From Escherichia coli (GTDB lineage Bacteria > Pseudomonadota > Gammaproteobacteria > Enterobacterales > Enterobacteriaceae): a stretch of 64,000 bases of DNA. The DNA lies in assembly GCF_001677475.2 (NCBI RefSeq), contig NZ_CP015229.1, one strand, 5' to 3'. Below, piece by piece: positions 1 through 11,806 of the stretch. The notes under the pieces are model-generated. The model was given only the letters and a program-made list of their open reading frames with translations. It searched no databases and was not told where the DNA came from. How positions within the stretch are numbered: position 1 is the first letter of the stretch; each line of letters begins with the position of its first letter. The position numbers and the translations under genes were made by a program.

Positions 1-1321
1 TATACATGTTGGCAGTTGGCCCACCGAGATCGGAAATTACGCCCGTAAAACCTGGAACGGTGTCGCGGATCGCTTCGATCTCATTGATGATCGAATCTTC
101 CGAACGGCTCTGAATAATGCGCCCTTCATGCTCGGTAATAGAACAGAAAGAACAGCCACCAAAGCAGCCACGCATAATGTTGACCGAGAAACGGATCATT
201 TCGTAAGCCGGAATACGAGCATTGCCATAGGCCGGATGCGGCACGCGCTTGTACGGCAGCGCAAAAACGCTGTCCATCTCTTCGGTAGAAAGCGGGATAG
301 CAGGCGGGTTGATCCACACATAGCGGTCGCCATGTTTTTGCATCAATGCGCGGGCGCAGCCTGGGTTAGTTTCGTGGTGCAGAATACGCGAAGCATGGGC
401 GTACAGCACTTTATCGCCCTTCACTTTCTCGAAAGAAGGCAGCAACACGTAGGTTTTTTCCCATGGTTTCGGGCGCGGCGGCTGCACAGTTACAGCTTTA
501 GCTTCCTGCTTTTTCGGGGCCACCGGTTTGTTATCCGCGCACGGCAGATCTTCGCCATACGGATGCGGGATTGGGTCGATTTTCCCTGGGGTATCAAGAC
601 GGGTGGAATCCACACCGCTCCAGCCAGGCAGCGCCTCTTTTACGATAATTGCGGTATTACGCACATCGCGGATTTCACTAATCGGCTCACCCATCGCCAG
701 ACGATGCGCCACCTCCACCAACGGACGCTCACCGTTACCGAACATCAGCATGTCGGCTTTCGAATCCACCAGCACGGAACGGCGCACGGTATCGGACCAG
801 TAATCATAATGCGCGGTACGGCGCAGACTAGCCTCAATACCGCCGAGGATCACCGGCACATCTTTCCACGCCTCTTTACAACGCTGGGTATAAACCAGTG
901 TGGCGCGATCCGGTCGCTTACCCGCGACGTTATCCGGCGTGTAGGCATCGTCATGACGTAAACGGCGATCGGCAGTGTAACGGTTGATCATCGAATCCAT
1001 GTTGCCAGCAGTAACACCAAAAAACAGATTCGGTTTACCCAGACGCATAAAGTCGTCTTTGCTGCTCCAGTCCGGCTGGGCGATGATCCCGACGCGAAAG
1101 CCCTGCGCTTCCAGCATACGACCGCAAATCGCCATCCCAAAGCTTGGGTGATCGACATACGCGTCGCCAGTAACCAAAATGATGTCGCAGCTATCCCAGC
1201 CAAGTTGATCCATCTCTTCACGAGACATCGGCAAAAACGGTGCCGGTCCAAAACAGGCGGCCCAGTACTGCGGCCAGGAGAACAGGTCGCGATCCGGTTG
1301 GATCAGGGAGATAGAGCTCAT
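1..1321 (-). CDS. ygiQ: Radical SAM protein YgiQ (UPF0313), N-terminal ~440 codons; the 3' end lies beyond the window start
   Basis: My own translation of the minus strand from the ATG at 1321-1319 gives [20 protein letters not shown]..., and the frame stays open to position 1. It is missing from the ORF track because no stop codon lies in the window. Synteny with ftsP supports the call. Confidence 0.85.
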   Translation of the reverse strand, partial: MSSISLIQPDRDLFSWPQYWAACFGPAPFLPMSREEMDQLGWDSCDIILVTGDAYVDHPSFGMAICGRMLEAQGFRVGIIAQPDWSSKDDFMRLGKPNLFFGVTAGNMDSMINRYTADRRLRHDDAYTPDNVAGKRPDRATLVYTQRCKEAWKDVPVILGGIEASLRRTAHYDYWSDTVRRSVLVDSKADMLMFGNGERPLVEVAHRLAMGEPISEIRDVRNTAIIVKEALPGWSGVDSTRLDTPGKIDPIPHPYGEDLPCADNKPVAPKKQEAKAVTVQPPRPKPWEKTYVLLPSFEKVKGDKVLYAHASRILHHETNPGCARALMQKHGDRYVWINPPAIPLSTEEMDSVFALPYKRVPHPAYGNARIPAYEMIRFSVNIMRGCFGGCSFCSITEHEGRIIQSRSEDSIINEIEAIRDTVPGFTGVISDLGGPTANMY

Positions 1322-1431
1322 TTTGCTTCCAGAAATGATAAAAAAATAATCAAAGGCCGGGGATTATAAGCCGGAACGAAAGAGAAATCGAAAGGTATTC
1401 CATACTCGCCCTCCTCGGGCGAGTATGAAGA

Positions 1432-2844
1432 TTACGGTACCGGATTGACCAACAGTTGCCCAATCGAGCCACGGTCCGCCATTTCCAGCGTCTGACTGTT
1501 GAAGTAGAACGGGAAGTGCGCCCAGGAAGGCTGACCAAAATAAACAAGCAGCTCCACTTGTCCGTCAACCCAAACGGTATCTTTCCAGCCTCTGTCTTCC
1601 GGGAACGGCATCGCGCCATTCACGTTACGGATCTGGAACATCACGCCTTCAATATGGAACGCTTGCGGCTCGTCCGCGCGTACCGTCCAGCGTTCCCATG
1701 TTCCTTGCTGCGCGGTGACATCAATACGGTTGACGTCCCACAGCTGTCCATTAATACCCGGGTCATCACCCAGACTGATATCGCGACTGCGAATTGGCGA
1801 ACCAGCCATGATTTCAGTTGGCAGCAAGCGCATCGGAAGACTGTCTGTGACCAGCGGCAGAAGGCCGGTTGGGCGCAGCGTTAGCACCAGGGTAGAAACC
1901 AGAATGCTGGATGGCTCAAAGAAGCCACGAATACGATCAACAATGCTCGCCGCTTCGCCACAGGTGATCGACACTTCATCACCGTTGCTCATATCCACCA
2001 GAATCTCGCGGCGCTCGCCCGGTGCCAGCGAAAGTTGCTTCACCGATACAGGAGCAGGCAGGAATCCCTGATCGCCAGAAATCACATGTAACGGGCGACC
2101 ATCGCTCATCTGTAGTTGATAGCGACGAGAGTTCGACGCGTTCAGCAGTCGCAAGCGCACCCAGCCGCGCGAGACTTCAACGTACGGGCTTTGTACACCG
2201 TTAACCAGCAGCGTATCACCAACAAAGCCGCCGCTTCCCGGTTCGTTGTATTCTGGCGTACCAAAGTTATCCAGCCGTTTATCCTGGATAATGACCGGAA
2301 AATCATCCACACCATAATGGTTGGGGATAGGCAGCGACTTGCTGACTTCATCTTCCACCAGCCACATTCCGGCAAGGCCGTTATAGACCTGCTGAGCCGT
2401 GCGGTTGGGAGTATTGGCGTGATACCACAGAGTAGCTGCGTTCTGGCGAATAGGCAGTACGGGTGCCCAGTCAGCGTTTGGCGACATCATCCGTGCCGGA
2501 CCGCCCATCAGCGGGCCTGGTACCTGTAGCCCGGACACCGTCATTGAGACATTTTCTGTCAGGCGGTTGCTGTAAATAAGCTTAACATCGTCGCCTTTCC
2601 AGACGCGGATAGTCGGCCCCAGGTAACGACCATTGATTCCCCAAACCGACGCGCGTGTCCCTGGCGTAAATGACCAGTGCGCACGTTGTACAGTCATAAA
2701 CAGCGGTTGCCCACGGCGAGATTCAAGCAGCGGCGGAACGGGTAGCGGTTGCTGTTGCCCGGCTGCGCTGGCCTTCAGGGGAACAGCGCCTGCACAAAGT
2801 GCAATCCCCGATGCCTGAATGAACTGACGCCGACTGAGTGACAT
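1432..2844 (-). CDS. ftsP: Cell division protein FtsP (SufI), multicopper-oxidase fold, Tat-exported
   Basis: 470 aa. Twin-arginine signal MSLSRRQFIQASGIALCAGAVPLKASA. Synteny. Confidence 0.95.
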   Translation of the reverse strand: MSLSRRQFIQASGIALCAGAVPLKASAAGQQQPLPVPPLLESRRGQPLFMTVQRAHWSFTPGTRASVWGINGRYLGPTIRVWKGDDVKLIYSNRLTENVSMTVSGLQVPGPLMGGPARMMSPNADWAPVLPIRQNAATLWYHANTPNRTAQQVYNGLAGMWLVEDEVSKSLPIPNHYGVDDFPVIIQDKRLDNFGTPEYNEPGSGGFVGDTLLVNGVQSPYVEVSRGWVRLRLLNASNSRRYQLQMSDGRPLHVISGDQGFLPAPVSVKQLSLAPGERREILVDMSNGDEVSITCGEAASIVDRIRGFFEPSSILVSTLVLTLRPTGLLPLVTDSLPMRLLPTEIMAGSPIRSRDISLGDDPGINGQLWDVNRIDVTAQQGTWERWTVRADEPQAFHIEGVMFQIRNVNGAMPFPEDRGWKDTVWVDGQVELLVYFGQPSWAHFPFYFNSQTLEMADRGSIGQLLVNPVP

Positions 2845-2918
2845 ATTTGCTCCATGTAAAACTGGCTAAAGTAATACCGTGCAGGAAAGTGTTCCCCGCA
2901 AAAATACAGATTGCCGAC

Positions 2919-3656
2919 TTAAACTTTTCCGGCGGCTTCGCGCTCTGCGACTTCTTTATCGAGCTCGGCGATTTTTTGTTCCATTATCGAACGACAATGG
3001 GCAGCCAGCTCACGAACCTGATCTTTGCCATACTGACTGACGTCAATTGGCGGCAGCATTTCGACAATCACCAGACCGTTGTGCAGTCGATTAAGATTAA
3101 TCTTATTCGAAGTTGTAGAGACACACACGGGAATAATCGGGACGCCCGCCGCAATTGCCGCGTGAAATGCCCCGGTCTTGAACGGTAGCAGGCCGCGACC
3201 ACGGCTGCGGGTACCTTCCGGGAACATCCAGATGGAAATACGGCGTTTTTTGAAGTGATTCACTACTTCCGCAATAGTGCCGTGAGCTTTAGTGCGATTA
3301 TTTCTGTCGATCAATAAGTTGCCGGTTAACCAGTACAACTGCCCGAAGAAGGGGATCCACAGCAAGCTCTTTTTACCTACCGTCACCGTCGGCGGTTGCA
3401 CAATGTTCGATGCTGTCACCATGTCATAGTTGTTCTGGTGGTTAGCGATATAGATAGCATTGCCGTAGCTTTCAGCGTCTGCAGGTTTGCGGCACTCAAC
3501 TTTCAGGCCGAACAGCGGCGCAAGACGGCCAAACATATGCCCAAAGGTGGCCACATGTTTCGGGTTACGCGGGCTGAAAAGGCAGTAAATGGAGCCGAAT
3601 ACACAGACTAAGATGCTGTAAATCACGGTAATAATAAGACGAAAGATATATAGCAT
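2919..3656 (-). CDS. plsC: 1-acyl-sn-glycerol-3-phosphate acyltransferase
   Basis: 245 aa with the acyltransferase HX4D motif (NHQNNYD). Synteny. Confidence 0.95.
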   Translation of the reverse strand: MLYIFRLIITVIYSILVCVFGSIYCLFSPRNPKHVATFGHMFGRLAPLFGLKVECRKPADAESYGNAIYIANHQNNYDMVTASNIVQPPTVTVGKKSLLWIPFFGQLYWLTGNLLIDRNNRTKAHGTIAEVVNHFKKRRISIWMFPEGTRSRGRGLLPFKTGAFHAAIAAGVPIIPVCVSTTSNKINLNRLHNGLVIVEMLPPIDVSQYGKDQVRELAAHCRSIMEQKIAELDKEVAEREAAGKV

Positions 3657-3818
3657 AACACCCTCTGAAGGTCTGAGAGACTGGCATTGTACGTCACCTG
3701 AAATCAGGTTAGGGCATTGTTAAAAGCCGCTCTCTGGAAAAGCGTATTGTTAATCGCAACGCATGAATAAACAACGGTTTCAAGGGAATTTTTATCGTTT
3801 CCGGGGGTTGAATACGCT

Positions 3819-3848
3819 GCCGGATGACGACTTAACGTTTCATCCGGC
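3819..3848. repeat. REP-like palindromic unit
   Basis: gccggatgacgacttaacgtttcatccggc, the GCCGGATG...CATCCGGC inverted repeat typical of enterobacterial REP. Confidence 0.6.
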
Positions 3849-3888
3849 GTTCCTTGCAAGCGGGAGGAAACAGGCCCTCCCCGGCATA

Positions 3889-6147
3889 TTACTCTTCGCT
3901 ATCACCACTGCTGGCACGGCGAGGAGAGTCGATCTCAACACGATCGATACGCTGCAAACCGCGCATCAACGTACCGCGGCGTCCACGTTCGCCAGTGACT
4001 TTCTGTAGCTCTTCCGGACGCAGTTTAATTTTGCGTTTCCCAACATGAATGGTCAGCGTGCTTTGCGGCGGCAGAACGTACAGTTGCGCAAGACCATCTT
4101 CTCCACGCGCGGCTTCTGCCGATGGAATGTTGATAATCTTGTTGCCTTTGCCCTTCGACAGCTGCGGCAGATCGCTTACCGGGAACATCAACATACGGCC
4201 TGCCTGAGTGATTGCCAGCAGCATATCGGAAGCATCTTCAATCACCACCGGCGGCATAACATGGGCATTTTCCGGTAAGGTGATCAAAGCTTTACCTGCA
4301 CGGTTACGCGCCACCAGATCGTTAAAGGTGCAGACGAAACCGTAACCCGCATCGGAAGCCATCAGCAGTTTCTGATCGTCGCTTTCCATCAGCATATGGT
4401 CAACGGTCGCCCCAGGCGGCAACGTTAATTTGCCGGTGAGCGGTTCGCCCTGACCACGCGCCGACGGCAGCGTAATCGGGTCAATGGCATAGCTACGACC
4501 GGTGGAATCAACAAACACTACCGGTTGGTTGCTCTTACCTTTCACCGCCGCTTTGAAGCTATCACCCGCTTTATAATTCAGGCCCGGCGCGTCGATATCA
4601 TGGCCTTTAGCGCTGCGTACCCAGCCCATCTGCGACAGCACAATAGTGACAGGTTCAGACGGCAGCATGTCGTGCTCGCTCATCGCTTTCGCTTCTTCGC
4701 GTTCCTGCAACGGCGAACGACGATCGTCACCGTAGGCTTGCGCGTCTGCCTGCAGTTCTTTCTTCAGCAGGTTATTCATTTTACGCTCGGAAGCCAAAAT
4801 GCCCTGCAACTGGTCGCGCTCTTTTTCCAGCTCACTCTGCTCACCGCGAATCTTCATCTCTTCCAGTTTGGCAAGATGACGCAGTTTCAGTTCGAGGATC
4901 GCTTCCGCCTGGGTTTCCGTAAGGCCAAACCGCGACATCAGCGCCGGTTTCGGTTCATCTTCATTACGAATGATCTCAATCACTTCGTCGATATTGAGAA
5001 ACGCCACCAGCAAACCTTCGAGGATATGCAGGCGCTTGAGGACTTTCTCCAGACGATAGTTCAGTCGGCGGCGCACGGTATCGCGGCGGAACACCAGCCA
5101 TTCAGAGAGGATTTCCAGCAGGTTTTTCACCGCCGGACGACCATCCAGACCGATCATATTGAGATTAATGCGATAGCTCTTTTCCAGATCGGTGGTAGCG
5201 AAGAGGTGGTTCATCACCTGATCCATATCCACGCGGTTGGAACGCGGCACAATCACCAGACGGGTCGGGTTCTCGTGGTCAGATTCATCGCGCAGATCGT
5301 CAACCATCGGCAGCTTTTTGTTGCGCATTTGCGCAGCAATTTGCTCCAGTACGCGCGCACCTGAAACCTGATGCGGCAATGCGCTGATAACCACCGCACC
5401 ATCTTCTTTCTTCCACACCGCGCGCATACGCACTGAACCACGTCCGTTCTCGTAGATTTTACGGATCTCGGCGCGCGAAGTGATAATTTCCGCTTCAGTC
5501 GGATAATCCGGCCCCTGCACGATATCCAGCAGCTGATCGAGCGTGGTTTTCGGCTGGTCGATTAATGCGATTGCCGCCTGAGCCACTTCACGCAGGTTAT
5601 GCGGTGGAATATCGGTCGCCATGCCGACGGCAATACCGGTGGTACCGTTAAGCAAAATGTTTGGCAGACGGGCAGGTAGCATTTTCGGCTCCTGCAAAGT
5701 GCCGTCGAAGTTTGGTACCCAGTCAGCCGTCCCCTGCCCCAGCTCGCTCAATAGCAGCTCGGAATATTTCGACAACCGGGATTCGGTGTAACGCATTGCC
5801 GCGAACGATTTCGGATCGTCCGGCGCGCCCCAGTTCCCCTGACCATCAACCAGCGGATAACGGTAAGAGAACGGCTGCGCCATCAGGACCATCGCTTCAT
5901 AACAGGCGCTATCGCCGTGCGGATGGTATTTACCCAGTACGTCACCGACTGTACGGGCCGATTTTTTAAATTTGGCGCTGGCATTCAGGCCCAGCTCAGA
6001 CATCGCATACACAATGCGGCGCTGAACAGGTTTCAGACCATCACCAATAAACGGCAACGCACGGTCCATGATCACGTACATGGAGTAGTTTAAGTAGGCG
6101 TTTTCCGTAAATTCATGTAGCGCAAGGCGCTCTGCCATATCGCTCAT
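3889..6147 (-). CDS. parC: DNA topoisomerase IV subunit A
   Basis: 752 aa, N-terminus [32 protein letters not shown], GyrA/ParC family. Confidence 0.97.
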
Positions 6148-6284
6148 TAATTCTGATTCCTCAACTTATTCGCCAGCCTTCAAAGGGGCAATATTGCCGG
6201 AGATACTACATTATCTGCCGCGTCGAGTCACAGGAGATCAGCGTGAATAGCGCCGCCGGACGTGCTCCGACGGCGATAAAGGCA

Positions 6285-7892
6285 TCAATGTGCCTTGATA
6301 TACAACTCTTTGCTGTAGACATAATCCTGGGGATTATGCAGCGGAAAACCGCCAACGTAGGGTTTAAGCAGTTTGATTAACGGCTGATAGTAGATAGGAA
6401 TCAGCGGTGCCTGTTGGTTGATGATCACTTCTGCCTGCTGATACAACGCATTACGCTTTGTCGCATCAGTGATCTGCGTGGCCTGGTTTAGTAAGGCGTC
6501 ATACTGCGCATTTTTCCAGTGACCGACGTTTTCTTCACTATCGCTTTTGAGCGTGTTCAGGAAGCTGGAAGCATCATTGTACGTCGTATCCCACGACTGC
6601 CGAGACAGCATGAAATCACCGGCTCGTCGGGCATCAAGATAGGTTTTCCACTCCATTGTACGCAGCGTCACCTGTGCACCCAGCCATTTTTTCCATTCGG
6701 AAGACAACGCTATCGCGGTCTTTTCATGCAGATCGTACTTGTTGTAGAACAGCTCAAAGCGTAGCGGATGAGAGGCGTCGTATCCCGCCTGTTTCAGCAA
6801 GGCTTTTGCCATCGCGACGCGCTCACTCATTGGCTTTTGCAGTTCATCGAACGTCGTCGTGCTAAAGCCTTTTACCTCTGGCGGCGTCAGCGTGGTTGCG
6901 GGCGTTCTCAACCCCAGTACCTTTTGCGCAATAAGCTGTCGATCAACCGTAAGATATAGCGCCCGACGCACTCGCACATCGTTAAATGGCGGTTTCTCAA
7001 GGTTAAAGTTGTAATATTCGCTGTTCAGACGCGGGATAATTCGTAGCTCGCCAGGCAGTGATTTTTCAATGGCAGGAATTTGCTGCGCCGGAACCCAGGT
7101 GAGATCGACCTCTCCCGCGCGATAGCGGTTATAGCCGGTGACCGAATTATCCAGCGCCAGATACTCAACTTGTTGCAATACTGTATGTTGCGCATCGCGG
7201 TACTTTGGATTTTTGCGTGCAGTAATCTTTTCGTTAACTACCCACTGTTCAAGCACAAAGGCACCGTTGTAAACCATGTTCTCTGGCTTACTCCAGCTAT
7301 CGCCATGTTTAGCGATGACATGATGAGGAACCGGGAACAGCGTCGGCCAGGCGAGCATCGTCGTGAACCAAGGAACCGGCTGCTCAAGCGTAACTTCAAG
7401 AGTACGATCATCCGTCGCTTTGACACCCAGCGATGTAACATCTGCTTTACCCGCAACAATAGCCGCGGCATTGTTAATGTGCGCCTGTGCCAGATAGCCA
7501 GCAAAAGGGCTTGCCGTTTTCGGGTCAACCGCGCGCTGCCAGCCGAGGACAAAATCCTCTGCCGTCAAAGGCTGACCGTCTGACCACTGCAAACCGCTAC
7601 GCAGATGGAAAATATAGCGCTTGCCGCCGTCCAGTATCTCCCAGCGTTCAGCCTGAGCGGGCTGCACCTGGCCTTCACCGTCCATCCATACCAGACCTTC
7701 AAACAGATCCAGCACAATCTGCGCGGCAGTATTCTCCTCCACCTTTTGCGGGTCGAGCGTACCTGGGTCGCTATGATTGTTGTAACGAAAGACTTGTTGC
7801 GGGGCGAGCGGTGTGTTGGCGGGAACGTCAGCAGCGTAGAGAGGTGCCGCACTTACCAGGCTGACCAGCCATAATAAATTTCGCGTATACAT
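6285..7892 (-). CDS. ygiS: Periplasmic solute-binding protein, family 5 (oligopeptide/bile-salt binding type)
   Basis: The ORF runs 6285-7955. I place the start at the internal ATG at 7892 (MYTRNLLWLVSLVSAAPLYA signal peptide), which is preceded by AAGGA. Confidence 0.9.
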   Translation of the reverse strand: MYTRNLLWLVSLVSAAPLYAADVPANTPLAPQQVFRYNNHSDPGTLDPQKVEENTAAQIVLDLFEGLVWMDGEGQVQPAQAERWEILDGGKRYIFHLRSGLQWSDGQPLTAEDFVLGWQRAVDPKTASPFAGYLAQAHINNAAAIVAGKADVTSLGVKATDDRTLEVTLEQPVPWFTTMLAWPTLFPVPHHVIAKHGDSWSKPENMVYNGAFVLEQWVVNEKITARKNPKYRDAQHTVLQQVEYLALDNSVTGYNRYRAGEVDLTWVPAQQIPAIEKSLPGELRIIPRLNSEYYNFNLEKPPFNDVRVRRALYLTVDRQLIAQKVLGLRTPATTLTPPEVKGFSTTTFDELQKPMSERVAMAKALLKQAGYDASHPLRFELFYNKYDLHEKTAIALSSEWKKWLGAQVTLRTMEWKTYLDARRAGDFMLSRQSWDTTYNDASSFLNTLKSDSEENVGHWKNAQYDALLNQATQITDATKRNALYQQAEVIINQQAPLIPIYYQPLIKLLKPYVGGFPLHNPQDYVYSKELYIKAH

Positions 7893-8000
7893 GGTATTCC
7901 TTACCGGAGAAATTATAAGCCCAATAACAATACGCCTGTGGCATTGTTCGCTCAAACTTATCGCGAGTGATTTGGCTCACACTCCGGTAAAGATTCCCCA

Positions 8001-8483
8001 TCACGCTAACGGTACATAAACATCCGTTTCCAGTCGCTGCTCTGTCACCCCTTCGGCAAGATTGGTGTAGTGAAACAGAATCGGTGCTTTACGCATTTTC
8101 TCGCCGCTTGCAGGCAGCCAGTGGCGAATAATGCCCCATATCGTGTGTGAAATATCGTCCAGCTCGCCAACATGGCGGGTAACAGCATAACGCCCACCGG
8201 TAAGTTCGCCATTACTCACGCCATAACGATTATCGGGGATCGGTTCGCTAACGCTGCCGCAGATATCAAAGCGAAACGCTTCCGGTGCGGTGGTGGCAGG
8301 GTCGTCCCAGGCGACGCCAAAAGTCTGGCTTTGGTTAACAGGAGAAAGCCCCGTCTCTTTACGCCACATGATAAATTTCGCCACGCTGTAGTTGAGCAAC
8401 TCAGGGCTACAGCGGTGCGGCAACATCGCCACAGGGATTGATGGGAAATCGATAATATTTACATCCAGTGTCAGGTTTGTCAT
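8001..8483 (-). CDS. ygiV: GyrI-like (effector-binding) domain protein / transcriptional repressor YgiV
   Basis: 160 aa. Synteny next to ygiW-qseBC. Confidence 0.85.
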   Translation of the reverse strand: MTNLTLDVNIIDFPSIPVAMLPHRCSPELLNYSVAKFIMWRKETGLSPVNQSQTFGVAWDDPATTAPEAFRFDICGSVSEPIPDNRYGVSNGELTGGRYAVTRHVGELDDISHTIWGIIRHWLPASGEKMRKAPILFHYTNLAEGVTEQRLETDVYVPLA

Positions 8484-8535
8484 TTTGCCTCCCTGCGAAA
8501 TTATTCCCGGGAACGCGTCCCGGGAGCGGTAACAA

Positions 8536-8928
8536 TTACGGATTTACTTTGCGGATCTGTTTGACGTCAATTTCAACAGAATTCCAGTCTTTATCGACTT
8601 CCCCCTGAATCTCAACCGTATCTTTCGGCGTCACCGTCACGCCGTTCCAGCGTTTGTGGTCGATATCAACATTGATAGTACCGCTGGCATCTTTGAACAC
8701 GTAGAGATCGTCAGAGATGCGTTCAACGATATTGCCGCGCAGGGTTACCCAGGTGTCGTCACGCAGGGATTTTGCGCTTTCTACAGTCGTTACGCTGCCA
8801 TTCGGCCCCTGGAATCCTCCGGCCTGACTTTGCGTTGCCGATGGGCCAGAAAAACCGCCCTGCTCTGCTGCCATCACCGGTGCGCTGCACAGGGCCATTA
8901 CTGCGATTACTGCTGCGAATTTTTTCAT
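8536..8928 (-). CDS. ygiW: Periplasmic OB-fold (BOF family) stress protein
   Basis: Start at 8928 (MKKFAAVIAVMALCSAPVMA signal peptide) with a GGAG Shine-Dalgarno upstream. The longer track ORF extension lacks a Shine-Dalgarno. Confidence 0.9.
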   Translation of the reverse strand: MKKFAAVIAVMALCSAPVMAAEQGGFSGPSATQSQAGGFQGPNGSVTTVESAKSLRDDTWVTLRGNIVERISDDLYVFKDASGTINVDIDHKRWNGVTVTPKDTVEIQGEVDKDWNSVEIDVKQIRKVNP

Positions 8929-9079
8929 GTTTATTACTCCCTTTAATGTCTGTTTCCGAGCATTTAACAAGATAGTCCTTAACAACTTCTTAAGGGAAAA
9001 AAATAAAATTTAATGCTGTACAGAGCGCGTTACAACACGGTTTACTGGCAGCAAATACGGTTATCGCAGGGATGAAAAA

Positions 9080-9739
9080 ATGCGAATTTTACTGATAGAA
9101 GATGACATGCTGATTGGCGACGGCATCAAAACGGGCCTTAGTAAAATGGGTTTTAGCGTCGACTGGTTTACACAAGGTCGTCAGGGAAAAGAGGCGCTAT
9201 ACAGCGCACCTTATGATGCGGTGATCCTGGATTTAACCTTACCAGGCATGGATGGTCGCGATATTTTGCGCGAATGGCGAGAAAAAGGTCAGCGTGAGCC
9301 GGTATTGATCCTGACCGCGCGCGATGCGCTGGCGGAACGTGTAGAAGGGCTGCGTCTGGGAGCTGACGATTATCTGTGTAAACCTTTTGCGTTGATAGAA
9401 GTCGCCGCCAGGCTAGAAGCTCTGATGCGCCGAACCAACGGCCAGGCCAGCAACGAGCTGCGCCACGGCAACGTCATGCTCGACCCCGGCAAACGTATCG
9501 CCACACTGGCTGGCGAACCCTTAACGCTGAAACCAAAAGAATTTGCCCTGCTGGAATTACTGATGCGTAACGCTGGTCGGGTACTGCCGCGCAAACTGAT
9601 TGAAGAGAAACTGTATACCTGGGACGAAGAGGTCACCAGTAATGCCGTTGAAGTGCATGTGCATCATCTGCGACGCAAACTCGGCAGTGATTTTATTCGT
9701 ACCGTTCATGGTATTGGCTACACATTAGGTGAGAAATGA
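9080..9739 (+). CDS. qseB: Two-component response regulator QseB (OmpR family)
   Basis: 219 aa with a receiver domain plus winged-helix domain. Its stop overlaps the qseC start. Confidence 0.95.
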   Translation: MRILLIEDDMLIGDGIKTGLSKMGFSVDWFTQGRQGKEALYSAPYDAVILDLTLPGMDGRDILREWREKGQREPVLILTARDALAERVEGLRLGADDYLCKPFALIEVAARLEALMRRTNGQASNELRHGNVMLDPGKRIATLAGEPLTLKPKEFALLELLMRNAGRVLPRKLIEEKLYTWDEEVTSNAVEVHVHHLRRKLGSDFIRTVHGIGYTLGEK

Positions 9740-11085
9740 AATTTACCCAACGTCTTAGTCTGCGAGTCAGGCTGACGCTAATCTTTTTAATTCTGGCCTC
9801 GGTGACCTGGCTGCTTTCCAGCTTTGTCGCCTGGAAACAAACAACGGATAACGTCGATGAGTTGTTCGACACCCAACTGATGCTGTTTGCCAAACGGTTA
9901 AGTACGCTCGATCTCAACGAAATCAACGCGGCAGATCGCATGGCACAGACGCCAAATAAATTAAAACACGGTCATGTTGATGACGATGCGCTGACCTTTG
10001 CCATCTTTACCCACGACGGCAGAATGGTCCTTAACGATGGCGATAACGGAGAAGATATTCCCTATAGCTATCAGCGGGAAGGTTTTGCTGACGGGCAACT
10101 GGTCGGTGAAGACGATCCCTGGCGTTTTGTCTGGATGACCTCACCTGATGGCAAATATCGCATCGTTGTTGGTCAGGAATGGGAATACCGCGAAGACATG
10201 GCGCTGGCGATTGTTGCCGGGCAATTGATCCCGTGGCTGGTCGCACTGCCGATTATGTTAATCATCATGATGGTACTACTGGGTCGTGAACTCGCGCCGC
10301 TGAACAAACTGGCGCTGGCACTACGTATGCGTGACCCTGACTCGGAAAAACCACTAAACGCGACGGGCGTACCTAGCGAAGTGCGTCCACTGGTTGAGTC
10401 GTTGAATCAACTGTTCGCCCGCACACATGCGATGATGGTTCGTGAACGACGCTTTACCTCCGACGCAGCTCACGAACTACGTAGCCCGTTAACGGCGCTG
10501 AAAGTGCAAACCGAAGTTGCGCAGCTCTCTGACGATGATCCGCAGGCGCGGAAAAAAGCGCTGCTTCAATTACATTCCGGAATCGATCGCGCTACTCGTC
10601 TGGTTGATCAACTGCTCACGCTATCGCGGCTGGACTCACTGGATAACCTTCAGGACGTCGCGGAGATCCCGCTTGAAGATCTCCTGCAATCGTCGGTGAT
10701 GGATATTTACCACACGGCGCAGCAGGCGAAAATTGACGTGCGACTGACACTCAATGTCCAGGGCATCAAACGCACCGGACAACCGCTATTGCTAAGTTTG
10801 TTGGTGCGAAACCTTCTGGATAACGCCGTGCGTTACAGTCCACAGGGTAGCGTGGTAGACGTCACGCTGAATGCCGATAATTTCATCGTGAGGGATAACG
10901 GCCCCGGTGTGACGCCAGAGGCACTGGCGCGAATTGGCGAACGCTTCTATCGCCCACCCGGGCAAACCGCTACCGGCAGTGGACTTGGGCTATCGATTGT
11001 CCAGCGAATCGCCAAATTGCATGGCATGAATGTTGAGTTTGGGAATGCGGAACAAGGTGGATTTGAGGCGAAGGTAAGCTGGTAA
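9736..11085 (+). CDS. qseC: Sensor histidine kinase QseC
   Basis: 449 aa, H-box [12 protein letters not shown], HATPase region GSGLGLSIV. Confidence 0.95.
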   Translation: MKFTQRLSLRVRLTLIFLILASVTWLLSSFVAWKQTTDNVDELFDTQLMLFAKRLSTLDLNEINAADRMAQTPNKLKHGHVDDDALTFAIFTHDGRMVLNDGDNGEDIPYSYQREGFADGQLVGEDDPWRFVWMTSPDGKYRIVVGQEWEYREDMALAIVAGQLIPWLVALPIMLIIMMVLLGRELAPLNKLALALRMRDPDSEKPLNATGVPSEVRPLVESLNQLFARTHAMMVRERRFTSDAAHELRSPLTALKVQTEVAQLSDDDPQARKKALLQLHSGIDRATRLVDQLLTLSRLDSLDNLQDVAEIPLEDLLQSSVMDIYHTAQQAKIDVRLTLNVQGIKRTGQPLLLSLLVRNLLDNAVRYSPQGSVVDVTLNADNFIVRDNGPGVTPEALARIGERFYRPPGQTATGSGLGLSIVQRIAKLHGMNVEFGNAEQGGFEAKVSW

Positions 11086-11089
11086 GGGT

Positions 11090-11118
11090 AAGACTTTTGC
11101 TAAATTCGCAAAAGACTT
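11090..11118 (+). terminator. Hairpin after qseC
   Basis: aagacttttgc-taaattc-gcaaaagactt is a perfect 11-bp stem, but only a weak T tract follows it. Confidence 0.6.
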
Positions 11119-11194
11119 TGCACATTTTGCTAATTTCACCGTACCGCTCTGTGACGTACTATAGTCGACAAACGTCTCACCTTGAGGTTAAAAA

Positions 11195-11776
11195 ATGAGC
11201 AACATCCTGATTATCAACGGCGCGAAAAAATTCGCCCACTCCAATGGTCAACTGAACGACACCCTGACCGAAGTCGCGGATGGCACACTGCGCGACCTCG
11301 GGCATGATGTCCGCATCGTTCGCGCCGACAGCGACTACGATGTCAAAGCGGAAGTACAAAACTTTCTCTGGGCTGATGTGGTGATCTGGCAGATGCCAGG
11401 CTGGTGGATGGGCGCGCCGTGGACAGTGAAAAAATACATTGATGATGTATTCACCGAAGGTCACGGGACTCTGTATGCCAGCGATGGTCGTACCCGCAAA
11501 GATCCGTCGAAAAAATACGGCTCCGGCGGCCTGGTACAGGGCAAAAAATATATGCTTTCTCTGACCTGGAACGCACCAATGGAAGCCTTCACCGAAAAAG
11601 ATCAGTTCTTCCACGGCGTTGGCGTTGACGGTGTGTATCTGCCGTTCCATAAAGCAAACCAATTCCTCGGTATGGAACCGCTGCCGACATTTATCGCTAA
11701 TGACGTGATAAAAATGCCTGATGTTCCCCGCTATACTGAAGAATATCGCAAGCATCTTGTGGAAATTTTTGGTTAA
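11195..11776 (+). CDS. mdaB: NADPH:quinone oxidoreductase MdaB
   Basis: 193 aa, MSNILIINGAKKFAHSNGQLN, flavodoxin-like fold. Confidence 0.95.
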   Translation: MSNILIINGAKKFAHSNGQLNDTLTEVADGTLRDLGHDVRIVRADSDYDVKAEVQNFLWADVVIWQMPGWWMGAPWTVKKYIDDVFTEGHGTLYASDGRTRKDPSKKYGSGGLVQGKKYMLSLTWNAPMEAFTEKDQFFHGVGVDGVYLPFHKANQFLGMEPLPTFIANDVIKMPDVPRYTEEYRKHLVEIFG

Positions 11777-11806
11777 CTAGAGCTCAGGCTTTAGAAGGAG
11801 TTAACC

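Noticed and set aside
128-961. 277-aa plus-strand ORF at the window start
   Set aside because: It lies antisense to a continuous minus-strand frame that translates as YgiQ from the ATG at 1321. The product is R/H/F-rich with no recognisable motifs, so I treat it as a shadow ORF.
4525-5364. 279-aa plus-strand ORF inside parC
   Set aside because: It is entirely antisense to the well-conserved parC frame and has low-complexity, R/F/Q/H-rich composition typical of antisense frames of GC-balanced genes.
11177-11755. 192-aa minus-strand ORF overlapping mdaB
   Set aside because: It is the mirror of the mdaB frame. MdaB is recognisable by sequence and synteny, and the antisense product is not.
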